A stretch of DNA of 64,000 bases from Bugula neritina (taxonomy: Eukaryota > Animalia > Bryozoa). This document shows, in pieces, positions 48,537 through 60,800 of the stretch; the stretch's first letter is position 1; each line of letters opens with the position of its first letter. Below the pieces are notes generated by a model. The model was not told the DNA's origin, did not search any database, and worked only from the letters and a program-made list of their open reading frames with translations. The position numbers were made by a program, and so were the translations under genes. The stretch covers positions 744,001 through 808,000 of the forward strand of contig OZ037769.1 in NCBI GenBank assembly GCA_964035545.1, given 5' to 3'.

Positions 48537-51500
48537 ATGGCAAATCACAGCAATAATGGCTCCTTTTTGTTTTCATCAGAGTCTGTTGGAGAAGGACATC
48601 CTGGTATGCCCTAAGGCTAAAGCTTAAATTTTAAACTGAAACTCAGACTGAGACTTGAAAGTTGAAAAATTAAGTTTAACTAACTTTTAATTTTATTGTA
48701 GTTTCAAGTGTAAAGACAGTTGAAACATAAGTGAACATCCCGTTATAATTATTTATTTTAATTTTCAATGATTCTAATTACTATTGCTATTAGGGAATGT
48801 TTATACTTATATTTATTAAGTTAGTCTTCAGATGCAGTTTAGGCAGACAGAACATGTGCTTGAAGTGACAACACCATTAATGCTGAACAGCAAGGTGCTA
48901 ATTAATACCTGCCAAAATATCTGCTGAGTCTACTTAAATCATCTTCTAGCACCTGATTCAATGTGATTGTTGATATTAGAGCCCAGACTGGTGCTGAGTG
49001 GAACTCATTTGTCTTGTAAACAATTTGTAGACAAGCTTTGTGACCAAGTCAGCGACGCAGTGCTAGACGCCCATCTGGCACAAGACCCTGAGGCTAAAGT
49101 AGCCTGTGGTAAGTATTATTTAATTTTGATTAAAATTTTGGTGAAATTTGCAAACTGATCACTTTGTGTTGAAGTCTCCAAGGAGTTATATTATTATTAC
49201 ACGAGCTATGAATTGTGGGTGTAGAAATATACTGATGTCTTCTAATACAGAGGCGATAACCAAGACTGGAATGGTAATGTTACTAGGGGAGATAACCTCT
49301 AAAGCCGTAGTGGATTATCAGAAGATCGTGAGAGATACAATCAGAAAGGTTGGGTACACAGACAGTAGTCAAGGTAAATACGTTTTCATTCTTATTATTA
49401 TATATCAACATGTAGGATGTGTCAGCCAATGTCATGCCACATTTCAGCATAAAATTTAGAATGACTAGTTGGCTTTTGGTCCACAAAATTTACTTCAAAA
49501 TAATTTAGAGTTTTTTAAAACTACTTTAGCTATTCCAATAAATTATTTTGCTCAACTAAAACATGGAGGATGATCATAAGCTGTTAATATAAAGTGGGCT
49601 CAACCTTTTAAACATTCAGGCTGTTTATAATCCTTATATCATATGGTGCAGTTATAATATTCTGTAACTTGTAAAACACTCAGGTTATGATTTTGAGTCG
49701 CATAATTTAAGTATGTTCAGCTATTATTTGATAAGTTGTTTAGTGTTTCAATAACAACCTGAGCTACATGCAATGTACACTTAATATTCATTGTGTATTA
49801 AAGAACCAATAACTTGTAAAGTCTATCCATTAAACTATACTAATATTCCCCGACAGGTTTTGACTATAAGACATGCAGTGTGACCTTGGCCTTAGACGCT
49901 CAGAGTCCCGACATAGCCAGTGCTGTTCACTTGGAGAAGAGCGAGGATGAACTCGGTGCTGGCGATCAGGTGACGTATTCCCACCGCGTGGAGAAGATAA
50001 CACCTCAATATTTCACATGTTCCACCTACACACTCCATTCTCTCTGTACACTGAATAGCTACTCTGGTGGTCAGAGATGATGTTCTCTCTCTGTATTGTA
50101 GGGGTTGATGTTTGGCTACGCCACTGACGAGACGGAGGAGTGTATGCCCCTCACTATTGATCTCTCCCACAAGCTGAATATGAAATTGTCGGAGTTACGC
50201 AAGAGCGGGCAACTTCCGTGGGCTAGGCCAGACACTAAAACTCAGGTTACTAGTCAGCTCTTTGACCTAATCATGACATTGAACTCTATTCTCATCTCCG
50301 TACAACAGATTAATAAGCACCAAATGTGTCTCATCTTGGAGAGAAATGTGGTATTAGTTTCATTATATAAAATATCAGGTTCCTGTTGGGTATTCCCCAG
50401 TTAATAGGTAGTTGTGTTGGTTTTGTATCAGAAATAAGTTAGTTTCTCTATTCTAGTCTAACAACTGCATTTTAGAAGTGAATAATGAGAAATAGTAAAA
50501 TAGTAGTCGGTTATGTTGTCATCCATTGTATCAGTTATACTGACATGACGCAGGTGACTGTAGAGTACATGTTCCAAGATGGCGCCTGTCTTCCTCTCAG
50601 AGTACACACTGTTGTTATCTCCACTCAGCACGATGAGACTGTCACTATGTCACAACTCCAAGACGACCTCATGCAGAAGGTCATCAAGGTCGTCATTCCT
50701 TCTCATCTTATAGACAATCAGACGATATTTCACCTCAACCCTTCCGGAAAGTTCATCATAGGCGGCCCCATGGTTCGTGGAAACTTTCTTTGCACTGAGT
50801 CAAGTCCTTGCAGAGAGGATAACTCTCATTTAGTGGTTGTTTACTTGTTAGGGAGACGGGGGATTGACAGGAAGGAAGATCATTGTAGACACGTATGGTG
50901 GGTGGGGAGCTCATGGGGGCGGAGCTTTCTCCGGCAAGGACTGCTCAAAAGTAGACAGGAGCGCCGCTTACGCCGCTCGGTGGGTTGCCAAGTCGCTGGT
51001 GAAAGCTGGCCTGTGTAAACGCTGCCTCCTTCAGGTACTGTTTTCTCAATACTTTTACTAAAGACTGTAGACTAGGAATACTGAATAGTAGATAGGTTTG
51101 TATGTGGGTTTCCACCTTCTTGCAATATTTTTAGAATCTAAGCCTTTTTATATATATAGCATAGTACGGCAGCAAAAATACTTCACATTTATGTGACATA
51201 ATGGATGGGCTGTGTGGGTCACAAGAGATGGAGTTAATATTTGTCTTATATTTCTAGATTTCATATGCAATAGGGGTGGTGGAGCCTCTCTCCCTAGCCG
51301 TCTTTCACTTTGGAACCTCGGATAGAACCGAGGCAGAGCTGCTCAAGATTGTCAATGATAACTTCGACCTCAGACCTGGAGCCATGATAAGGTATCTGCT
51401 TGATCTCTTCTAGCACTTCACTATTCACATTGACTTCTACTAGCACTTCACTATTCACATTGACTTCTACTAGCACTTCACTATTCACATTGATCTCTAC

Positions 51501-51675
51501 TAACACTTTACTATTTACATTGATGTCTACTATATATATGCCTGTGTTTAATTCCATTGGTTTAAATTGCAGAGAGCTCAAGCTAAAGCAGCCCATCTTT
51601 CAACGGACCGCTGTCTATGGTCATTTCGGGAGAAATGAGTTTCCGTGGGAACAAGTCAAACAGTTAAGATATTGA
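48537..51675 (+). CDS. MAT: S-adenosylmethionine synthetase (methionine adenosyltransferase), 9 exons, 387 aa
   Basis: Exons 48537-48603, 49031-49108, 49251-49373, 49857-49969, 50102-50245, 50554-50772, 50852-51034, 51258-51391, 51573-51675. Motifs [39 protein letters not shown] and YGHFGR. Confidence 0.97.
51405..51530. repeat. 30-bp intronic repeat, about 4 copies, after the last MAT donor
   Basis: Unit ctagcacttcactattcacattgacttcta. Confidence 0.85.
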
Positions 51676-52259
51676 GTATTTCCTACCCCATCTGTGATAA
51701 GTAGCTAGTTCAAATATTTTACTAATGTTTATGTTTTACTAATTTCGATAGAATCTCAGAATTTCTTTATATGTGAAGAATAATCACGTAGCCGACAATC
51801 GTGAGAAGTCAATACTAGTCGTCAGTCTAAACAATTTTATCTCTTATTGTTTTCAGCTGTGTTTTGTAGAATCTCACTTTCTATCATTTTTCAATTTTCC
51901 ACGTCAGAATAAATTGCAATACATAGTAATACCAAGTCCATTTGTCTCCTAATACAGTAATATAATAATATATATTATACGATTATATTATTCTATGCTA
52001 AACGGAAGTTAGAATGATTTTGAGAAAAACCATTTCTTTTATGAAATTGGTTCATGCAACATTTATTTTAATTAATTAAAAATAAACAAGGATATGTGTG
52101 GCAGAGCCTCTGTACTAAACACGCTGAGCTCTACACCTCTATATTTTGATTACAAACAACTTCATGACTTTGAAAAAAGTCAACTTAAAAATATTCAATA
52201 TCAGCAAAATATGTACTGAATAAAAACAGAGTGAAATATTTACATTGACCCTTGACGTG

Positions 52260-55200
52260 CTACCGGACTTTCTTTAGTTTAGGAGGTGAGCACCCATAAT
52301 CCTCTGTAAACGGCAACAAAAGTTTGGTATAGCATATAACTAGTAGAACATAACTAGTAGAACATATTTGGGGGAATATATAGTATAAACTTAGAGGGCA
52401 AATTTAGGAGTTGTGCTTTCCATGCGGAACAGACGATAAACTACGAGTAGAATTTTACAGCGAAACCCGATCTCCATAAATAAATGGCAAGTAAAAGTAG
52501 TGCCACACCATATGACTTACAACATCTCTCATGTCTCGCATCTGCTACGGGTGTTAGCAGACAAACAGACATACACACTAGCAGACGGAGGAACTGCAGA
52601 AGGATGTACTACAATAGCAACTACCAACCTTGTGAACTGTAAGAAGCGACGAGTAAATCGCTGTAAAACGTGTCACAGTGCTGTAATGTTTGATTAAACG
52701 CCGAAGAGCCGCCAAACACAACTAGCTGATCATTCAGAGAGACGAGAGTATGACAGGCTCTGGCAGAGAGTCCGTCAGTTTCTAGTCTGGTCCAGCTGTT
52801 GCTCTCTGTAACACCACATTGTTACAATAATACACACCTGGGACAGACTGTAGACATCATTGTATATAATACACACCTAGGGACAGACTGTAGACGTCAT
52901 TGTATATAATACACACCCAGGGACAGACTGTAGACATCATTGTATATAATACACACCTAGGGACAGACTGTAGACATCATTGTAGTGTTGGTTCTCAGTG
53001 CCCCGCCCTCCCACCACCAACATGGTAGAGTCAGCTGCCAGAGCGGCAGCGTGAAATGAGCGGCACTCGGGAGGTGAACCAGTAACGTGGCGATCCTTCA
53101 GCCATTTTCTCTTCTCTAAAGCAACACGTGACAAACTTGAGCTGCTCGTGAGTATTAGCAGTATACTGAGTAGAAGAACTCTACCTGCACGGAGCAGTAA
53201 CTTACCTGTATCGAAGAGGTGAAGGTCATTCAGCCTCCCATCCGCGTCGCGTCCACCGAATATCACTACAGAAAGTAATACACACACTAGTAATATACAC
53301 ACTAGTAATACACACTAGTAATATACACACTAGTAATATACACACTAGTAATACACACACTAGTAATACACATACTAGTAATACACACACTAGTAATACA
53401 CACTAGTAATATACACACTAGTAATATACACTAGTAATACACACACACCTAGTAGATGCCTGTAGGATATCATACTGGCAGCACATCTGGGACTGGGTCT
53501 GCCCATGCTGAGCTGCAGAGGCTGAGACCAGACTCTAGTCTGAGTGTCGTACACATGCAGGTCATCAAACCAGCCAAACTGAGCAGCTTCTTGCTGCCGC
53601 TCTAACTGGTGGATCTCGTCATCACTAGAGATATCCTCCTGGAGAAATATATACCTGTATACTATCTACCTGTACACATCTACCTGTACACATCTACCTG
53701 TACACATCTACCTGTAGCCCTGTACACATCTACTCTGTAAACATCTACCTGTATACTCTACTCTGTATACTCTGTATACTCTACTCTGTATACTCTACAG
53801 TCTACACTGTATACTCTACTTTGTATACTCTACTCTGTATTCTCTACTCTGTATACTCTACTCTGTATACTCTACTCTGTATACTCTACTCTGTATACTC
53901 TACTCTGTATACGCTGTATACGCTACGCTGTATACGCTACTCTGTATACTCTACTCTGTATACTCTACTCTGTATACTCTACTCTGTATACTCTACTCTG
54001 TATACTCTACTCTGTATACTCTACTCTGTATACTCTACTCTGTATACTCTACTCTGTATACTCTACTCTGTATACTCTACTCTGTATACTCTACTCTGTA
54101 TACTCTACTCTGTATACTCTACTCTGTATACTCTGTACTCTGTATACTATACTCTGTATACTCTACTCTGTATACTCTACTCTGTATACTCTACTCTGTA
54201 TACTCTACTCTGTATACTCTACTCTGTAAACTCTACTCTGTATACACTCTACTCTGTATACTCTACTCTGTATACTCTACTCTGTATACTCTACTCTGTA
54301 TACTCTACTCTGTATACTCTACTCTGTATACTCTACTCTGTATACTCTACTCTGTATACTCTACTCTGTATACTCTGTACTCTGTATACTATACTCTGTA
54401 TACTCTACTCTGTATACTCTGTATACTCTACTCTGTATACTCTACCCTGTATACTCTACCCTGTATACTCTACCCAGTATACTCTACTCTGTATACTCTA
54501 CTCTGTATACTCTACTCTGTATACTCTACTCTGTATTCTCTACTCTGTATACTCTACTCTGTATACTCTACTCTGTATACTCTACTCTGTATACTCTACT
54601 CTGTATACTCTACTCTGTATACTCTACTCTGTATACTCTACTCTGTATACTATACTCTGTATACTCACTACTCTGTGTACTCACTACTCTGTGTACTCAA
54701 CACTCACATCATCTTCGAGGTCGAGAGGCCCCCTGGTGGCCACTTTAGGACCAAACCCTCCAAAGAACCAGATGCATTGACCAATCACAGCTGAGGATAG
54801 TTTATCTCGTGCAGACGGCATATTTCCTGTACACTCATCCTCTTCCCTCCAGCAGTTGGTTTCTATATCAAAGACCAACATGTCATCTAGCCAGCCCACA
54901 GACTGGTTCAACCCTCCGAACAGATACAGCTTGCTGCCAACAGCTGCCATGGTCGCTGCCGATCTGGACAGCGGCTTTTCGCTGCCCTTTGAAGGCGTGA
55001 CAAGAGTCCATTTCTGTTCATCTACAAAAAGGCAGCGTGCAGCAGAATGAGAAACTTGCAGTCACTGAATTACAGTTTAATTAGATAAATGAGAAATGGT
55101 TATGTTTCGAGAACTATAAATGCTTTCTTGCTGATAACAAAACTTTATTTAAAATGTTTAAATTACTGCACAAGTTTGTCATATTAGAATGAGACAAAGT

Positions 55201-55949
55201 GATATAAAAACTAGAAAATGACAGGTTTTCTAATAAAGTTTATAAAATGGGATGGCAGTTTGCTAAAGAAATTGGTTTCAAGTCTTCAAAAAACACAAAA
55301 CTAAATCCAAGCACATTATAGCTTTGAATGTTTCATCCAATATGGATTGGCACTTATTTTGTTAAATTGATAAAGTAGCTTACATGGTTAAGTGAGTAAA
55401 AGGTGTGGAAGTGATGCACTCACTGAGATTAAACTTCCACAGGTCACTTTTCTCATCCACACCATTAGTTTCTGAGATTGAAACACCACCAAATATATAG
55501 ACATCATCACCAACAGCACAGCAACAGTGTCCCTCTCTAGCGCTTGGCTTGTTTGCCTTCGAAGAATCACCTACCTGTAGATACAGTGAATATAAACAAT
55601 AAATCAGTATGGTCATACATAATTATAGTACAGAGTATGTAAATATTCATATTGATAATAATAACAAAGGTGATACATAAAAATGGCTCATACATCTGAT
55701 TTAATTACCAATGGCATTTCACATTAAGTATCAGTCAGTGAATTGCTGTTACAATACCTTCCAACTGACAACTTTTATTTTATCCGCTTGACATAAATCT
55801 CCCCTGCCATCTGCTTCTGATTTGGATTGAGAAGTTGGTGCCGCTGCATTGGCTGCTGTCACAAGTGTACCAGCATCAGTGTGGGTGTGAAGCGATTTGG
55901 ACATGTTGATTGATTTCTCTTCAGTAAGTAAAGTGACTGGGCTGGGCAT
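52260..55949 (-). CDS. Kelch-domain protein, KLHDC1/KLHDC2-like
   Basis: Exons 55949-55758, 55574-55424, 55021-54708, 53638-53449, 53265-53206, 53115-52957, 52805-52629, an optional 52544-52521, and 52303-52260. Six kelch blades, with PSARDKLSS..IWFFGGFG, GWFDDLHVYD and FGGRDADGRLNDLHLFD resembling KLHDC1/2. The 3' end is uncertain. Confidence 0.85.
52832..52982. repeat. 40-bp repeat, about 4 copies, of exon end plus donor
   Basis: Minus strand: AATGATGTCTACAGTCTGTCCCTAG|gtgtgtattatatac repeated (period 40). Confidence 0.92.
53274..53455. repeat. 15-17-bp repeat filling most of a kelch-gene intron
   Basis: Minus-strand unit tactagtgtgtatat echoes the junction TACTAG|gtgtg. Confidence 0.9.
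53650..54705. repeat. 14-bp minisatellite, about 70 copies, filling a kelch-gene intron
   Basis: Unit tactctgtatactc; source of the spurious 319-aa ORF at 53821. Confidence 0.95.
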
Positions 55950-57709
55950 GCTTTTAAATTACTAAAAGTAAAAGTAGAAACAAACAATAAATATAATTTT
56001 TGTTTATTCAGTTAAAAATCACGCAATAATACTAACTAATATTATTTGTAGTATTACTATCACTAATAATAATACTAATATTAATAGTAATACTAGTAGT
56101 AGTACTAGTAGCAGTACTATTACTATTAGTATTATCACTATGACTATGAGTATGAGTAAATGTAATACACTATTAGTATTAGTATTAGTATTACTATACA
56201 CTGACTCTGAGTATCAGTATACAGACTTATTAGTTATTAGTTATTACTATTACTATTAGTATTACAGTATGAGTATTACTATTACTATTATTATTACTAT
56301 CAGTATTAGTGTATTACTATTGGTATTACTAATAGTAATACTAATAGTAATTACTAATAGTAATAGTAATACTAATACTTATACTAATAGTAATACTAAT
56401 AGTAATAGTAATAGTAATACTAATAGTAATGGCAATGTAATGGTAATAGTCACTATTAGTATTACTATTAGTAATTACTATTGGTATGATTCAATCAAAT
56501 TTATTAAGCCATCTTGAAATTTAGGTAAGCTTTGAAAGGGTTTAACGGTTCTTTAATCACAATGTTTATGTTATTCCCTATGAATAATCCTACTTACAGT
56601 CATCATCATATTCATACTGATGGTGAATTTGTGATCAGCAGAAAAAGATAAAAACAAACCGTAGGTACACTCGCGCCAGCAAGGTAAATTATTCGGCGTT
56701 TATTCGAATTAAAGGAAAACAACTCCTGTAACAAACCACTGGCAGTAATAATGTTCGATGCACACTCTTACATACCTATATCGTTTATCTGTCAATAGCT
56801 TAATGTTATATCTAATTTAGATTTGATTGATTTCACCTTATAAGTCGCGGCAAATATTATATTTATAAACAGCATTTAGCAGAAACTTACAGATTTCTAT
56901 GGGTTTCTTTTAATTATCATATTTTAATTTACATGCTGGTACCTTTAGCTGTTTAACAGTCGATTTGTTGCAACTTGAAAGCTATAACAGGCAACGAATG
57001 TAAGATTTAGGAACTAATTCTTGGTTCTTGGAGCCTCAGCTATGTAGTTTAATCAGCTCAACATTGTAAATAATTCATTGGCTGCTAAATTTTTATTCAC
57101 TGTATTGCATCAATAGTTGACAGCTAAAGAACTAAACAGAGCAATGGTTAACCAAACCTGACATGATCAGCTTCCAAGTTATGAAACACCAGAATTGTTT
57201 CTTAGAGAACGAAAGTGTTTCACATAATCTCATATTCATTCTATCACAAAACATACATGAATAAAAGGGATGGCGAGAACAAAACTCCAAAATAGTAAGT
57301 AAAAGTATTAAAAAAGAATAAATAGACCAATAGAATGCTATAAAACATGTATATACATTTGTACAAGATAAGTGTAAATCAAAGCATAAAATATTAATAT
57401 AAAATGTATACATGTATATACTAAGAATAAGTAGTGTGGTGTATATGTGATATAATCAATGGAAGGGTTTACATAAAAAATGGGCAACTAGACAAATAAG
57501 AGGGTTCGGCAACATGACTAGACTGACACGTGTTTGCACGTGATAGAACCTGTCAACAGCTTAGCAAGTATGACATATCACCTGCTAGCACATGCTAGTG
57601 TGTAACATATCAACAGCTAAATATATGGCACAGAAAAGGCGAATATATAACTAAGTAGTGACACCAGCTGATTACTAGGTAAATATGACACAAGAGTATG
57701 GCACCTGCT

Positions 57710-57882
57710 GCTAACTACAACACATGTCGCAAGGTGAGTCAGGTCATGTCACCATAGCTGTCAGATAGCTAACTACGACACATGTCGCAAGGTGAGTCAG
57801 ATCATGTCACCATAGCTGTCAGATAGCTAGCTAACTATGACACGTGTCGCAAGGTGAGTCAGGTCATGTCACTATAGCTGTA
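57710..57882. repeat. ~60-bp repeat, 3 copies, spanning the CACHD1 stop codon
   Basis: Unit acatgtcgcaaggtgagtcaggtcatgtcaccatagctgtcagatagctaactac; the top copy includes the last codons and TGA. Confidence 0.85.
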
Positions 57883-60800
57883 TCTGTTTCAAGCTGTTCT
57901 TCAATAGTCTGAGGTAACACGCCAGACATATCGCCTGCCGCTAGTTCTGCAGGTAACAACTTCCTATATTCGCTATCATCATGTTTACCTCTATTAGTAT
58001 GACTACGTGCATTCTTTGATAATGGAGGGAAGAATTTAATGGCCGCCTACAAGATTAAAGCAAGTTTCAAACAATTTTTTTTTTAAATTGAATACGGTTA
58101 AAGTTAAAGATTGGCAATATATAGGTGGCACCATCAAAATAGCTGGTAACAAACCTCTAATAGCAAAATCTATATATATATATATTATATATTTACATGT
58201 TTCTGATTTCACAGCTCGTACGATGCGGGGGATACTAACCTTACTAATACTGCCCCGTGACCGCACCGACTCTTTACAGGAAGTAGCTGAGGCCGTCTCC
58301 GCCTCTTCCTGTGCAGTCATAGTACTATATCCGTGGTCACTACTTTCAGTTGCCGTGACAACAGGTCTGGGAGGGACGTAGTGCTCGTTTAGTTGGTAGG
58401 GGGAGATGTGAGCTGCAGCTACCAGAGGTCTGTTCAATTCCATCAGATTCAAGTGAGCTGCATATCGTAATATAAGAGTAGTAATATAGTAATACAAGAG
58501 TAGTAATATAGTAATATAAGAGTAGTAATATAGTAATATGAGAGTAGTAATATAGTAATATAAGAGTAGTAATATAGTAATATGAGAGTAGTAATATAGT
58601 AATATAAGAGCAGTAATATAGTAATACAAGAGCAGTAATATAAGAGTGGTAATATAGTAATATAAGAGTAGTAATATAGTAATATAGGAGTAGTAATATA
58701 AAAATACTACAGTAGTAATATAGTAATATAAGAGTAGTAATATAGTAATACTATAGTAGTAATATAGTAATACAAGAGTAGTAATATAGTAATACGAGAA
58801 GCATTACCGTGAGATGGACCAGCTAGAGAGGGGAGTTCATGGTACACGTAACCATCCTGCTCCTGGTTGCTACTCGTGTCGGGAGAGTCGCCCTCTGGTG
58901 GTGACCTTCGATGCACGCTGTGTCTGTAGCAGTAGACACCCAGCACTACGAGCAGCACGATGCAGAGCACGGCTCCAGTTACCGGACCCACCGGAATATT
59001 CTTCAGCAACAGGTCAGGCGTCTCCTCAACACCAGACACTGTAAGAAACACAACTAAGCATGACATCATGTTGGCACGGTGAAGTAATGTAGAGTTGATA
59101 AGTTCTGGAAGCATTGACATTGCCTACAAACCTTTGAGTTGATCATTGTAAGGAGTGCGGGCACCGAGTACACCCCCGAAGCACATCTGCTGCACATCGC
59201 AGTAGCCTGAGGAGAGTGGCGTGACGCTGTCTGCGTTGGTGTGACACCAGGAGCAGCCGACGAGGCCCAGACAGGAGAGTCTTGTTGAGTGGCGACTGCA
59301 GGCCGGCTCCACACACTGACCTAGCATGTCGGAGATAGTGTGTGGCAGTTTGAACAGGTGTCCACTCTCTGCCGGCGTGTCACAGTTGTCATGTGACAGC
59401 TCGGTGAGGTCAACATCACCTGTGCAAGGGTCAGAGGTCAAAGGGCACTCGCAAGGACATTCACATTCTGCTTGTTCCATCCGCTGACAATTCAGGCAAA
59501 GTCTGTCCGTCTGTAATACACAACTATGTAGGTCAATATTATGTAGGTCACTACTATATATGTCACAATTATGTGGGTAATGACCTGCATACAGCATATA
59601 GTATACAGAATGATGTCACAAGGGCACATATACTACAGAATGATGTCACAAGGGCACATATTATACAGAATGATGTCACAAGGGCACATATACAGAATGA
59701 TGTCATAAGGGTACATAGTACTTACAATACTACAAGGACAAAAAGCTGACATCCTCAATTCACACGTCTCGTTCACCATGACTATGAAGGTGTTACTCCC
59801 AGGAATACTGGCCAGTTGGTATCTCACGCACTGCTCTCCTGACTTCAGGTTTGTCAGAGTTCTACTCAAAGCTGTGTTGAACTGTAAGTAGGAAACCACA
59901 CAGAGTCAGTTAAAGAAATAGTATGTAATGGAACAAAGGTACATACACAGTGCGGGACACACTCTGTACCTCCTCCCCCATCCTTCTGTAGAGAAAGTCT
60001 ATACTGGAGCAATGTACTCATAGTATGGCAGAAGTTGAAACACGAAGTAAATAAAATATAACCTACCTGATAGTATCGCTGAATGGTGCTGTCAGAGAAG
60101 CTGTTGCACATCTTCTTTACAACCAGTGATTTGTGTCCTAGAATGTCATTGGCTATCAGCGGCTCCTTCAACCAATAAAGAACAATTATTATCAACCATG
60201 TATATTTAAATAATATTTAAGAAGAGGAAGAGAAAATATAAAATGTAATAATTGATATTGAATTCACTTACCATGTGTGTCAGATGTTGCTCTTCTTCAG
60301 ATTTCTGATACCCAGACAACTTCAAGTTGGGGTGGGTAATGATGTACCCCCGACTATCAAAGACGAAGCAGCGAAGATCTTCAGCTTCACACATGGGAAT
60401 AGCTTCCCACACAAGTCTTTCAAAATAAGAGGCTGGAAAGTCAGCCCCCATTACAGCAGCCACGGGATCTTGAGGAGTGTGAAGGGATGCAGATCTGTGG
60501 GCAGATAATATGGCATGATTTCACGGAGGAGAATGACATGACAGAGGAGAATGACATGACAGAGGAGAATGACATCACGGACGAGAATGACATTAATTCT
60601 AATTAAATTACTTTCTTTCCAGTGCGTGAGATAAAAGATGAAAAGCAGTCCGTATTTAAAAAGCAGAAAACGATCACACAGACACTTTTATTTAAACCAC
60701 GAATATTCCATTTGGAGAAGACACGTATAGCTAGAATAATATACTAGATACACAGCTGACCCTCTGACTGACCTTCCCTCATAGACGGAGTGCGCCATGC

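Noticed and set aside
50852-50880. MAT motif reads GDGGLTGRK instead of GDAGLTGRK
   Set aside because: This position varies among MAT enzymes and all other catalytic motifs are intact.
53821-54780. 319-aa plus-strand ORF (YTLLCILYSVYSTL repeats)
   Set aside because: It is the translation of a 14-bp minisatellite inside a minus-strand intron.
56019-56517. Hydrophobic or Asn/Ser-rich ORFs at 56019, 56269, 47862, 14340, 11336 and 27235
   Set aside because: They are products of AT-rich low-complexity intronic tracts.
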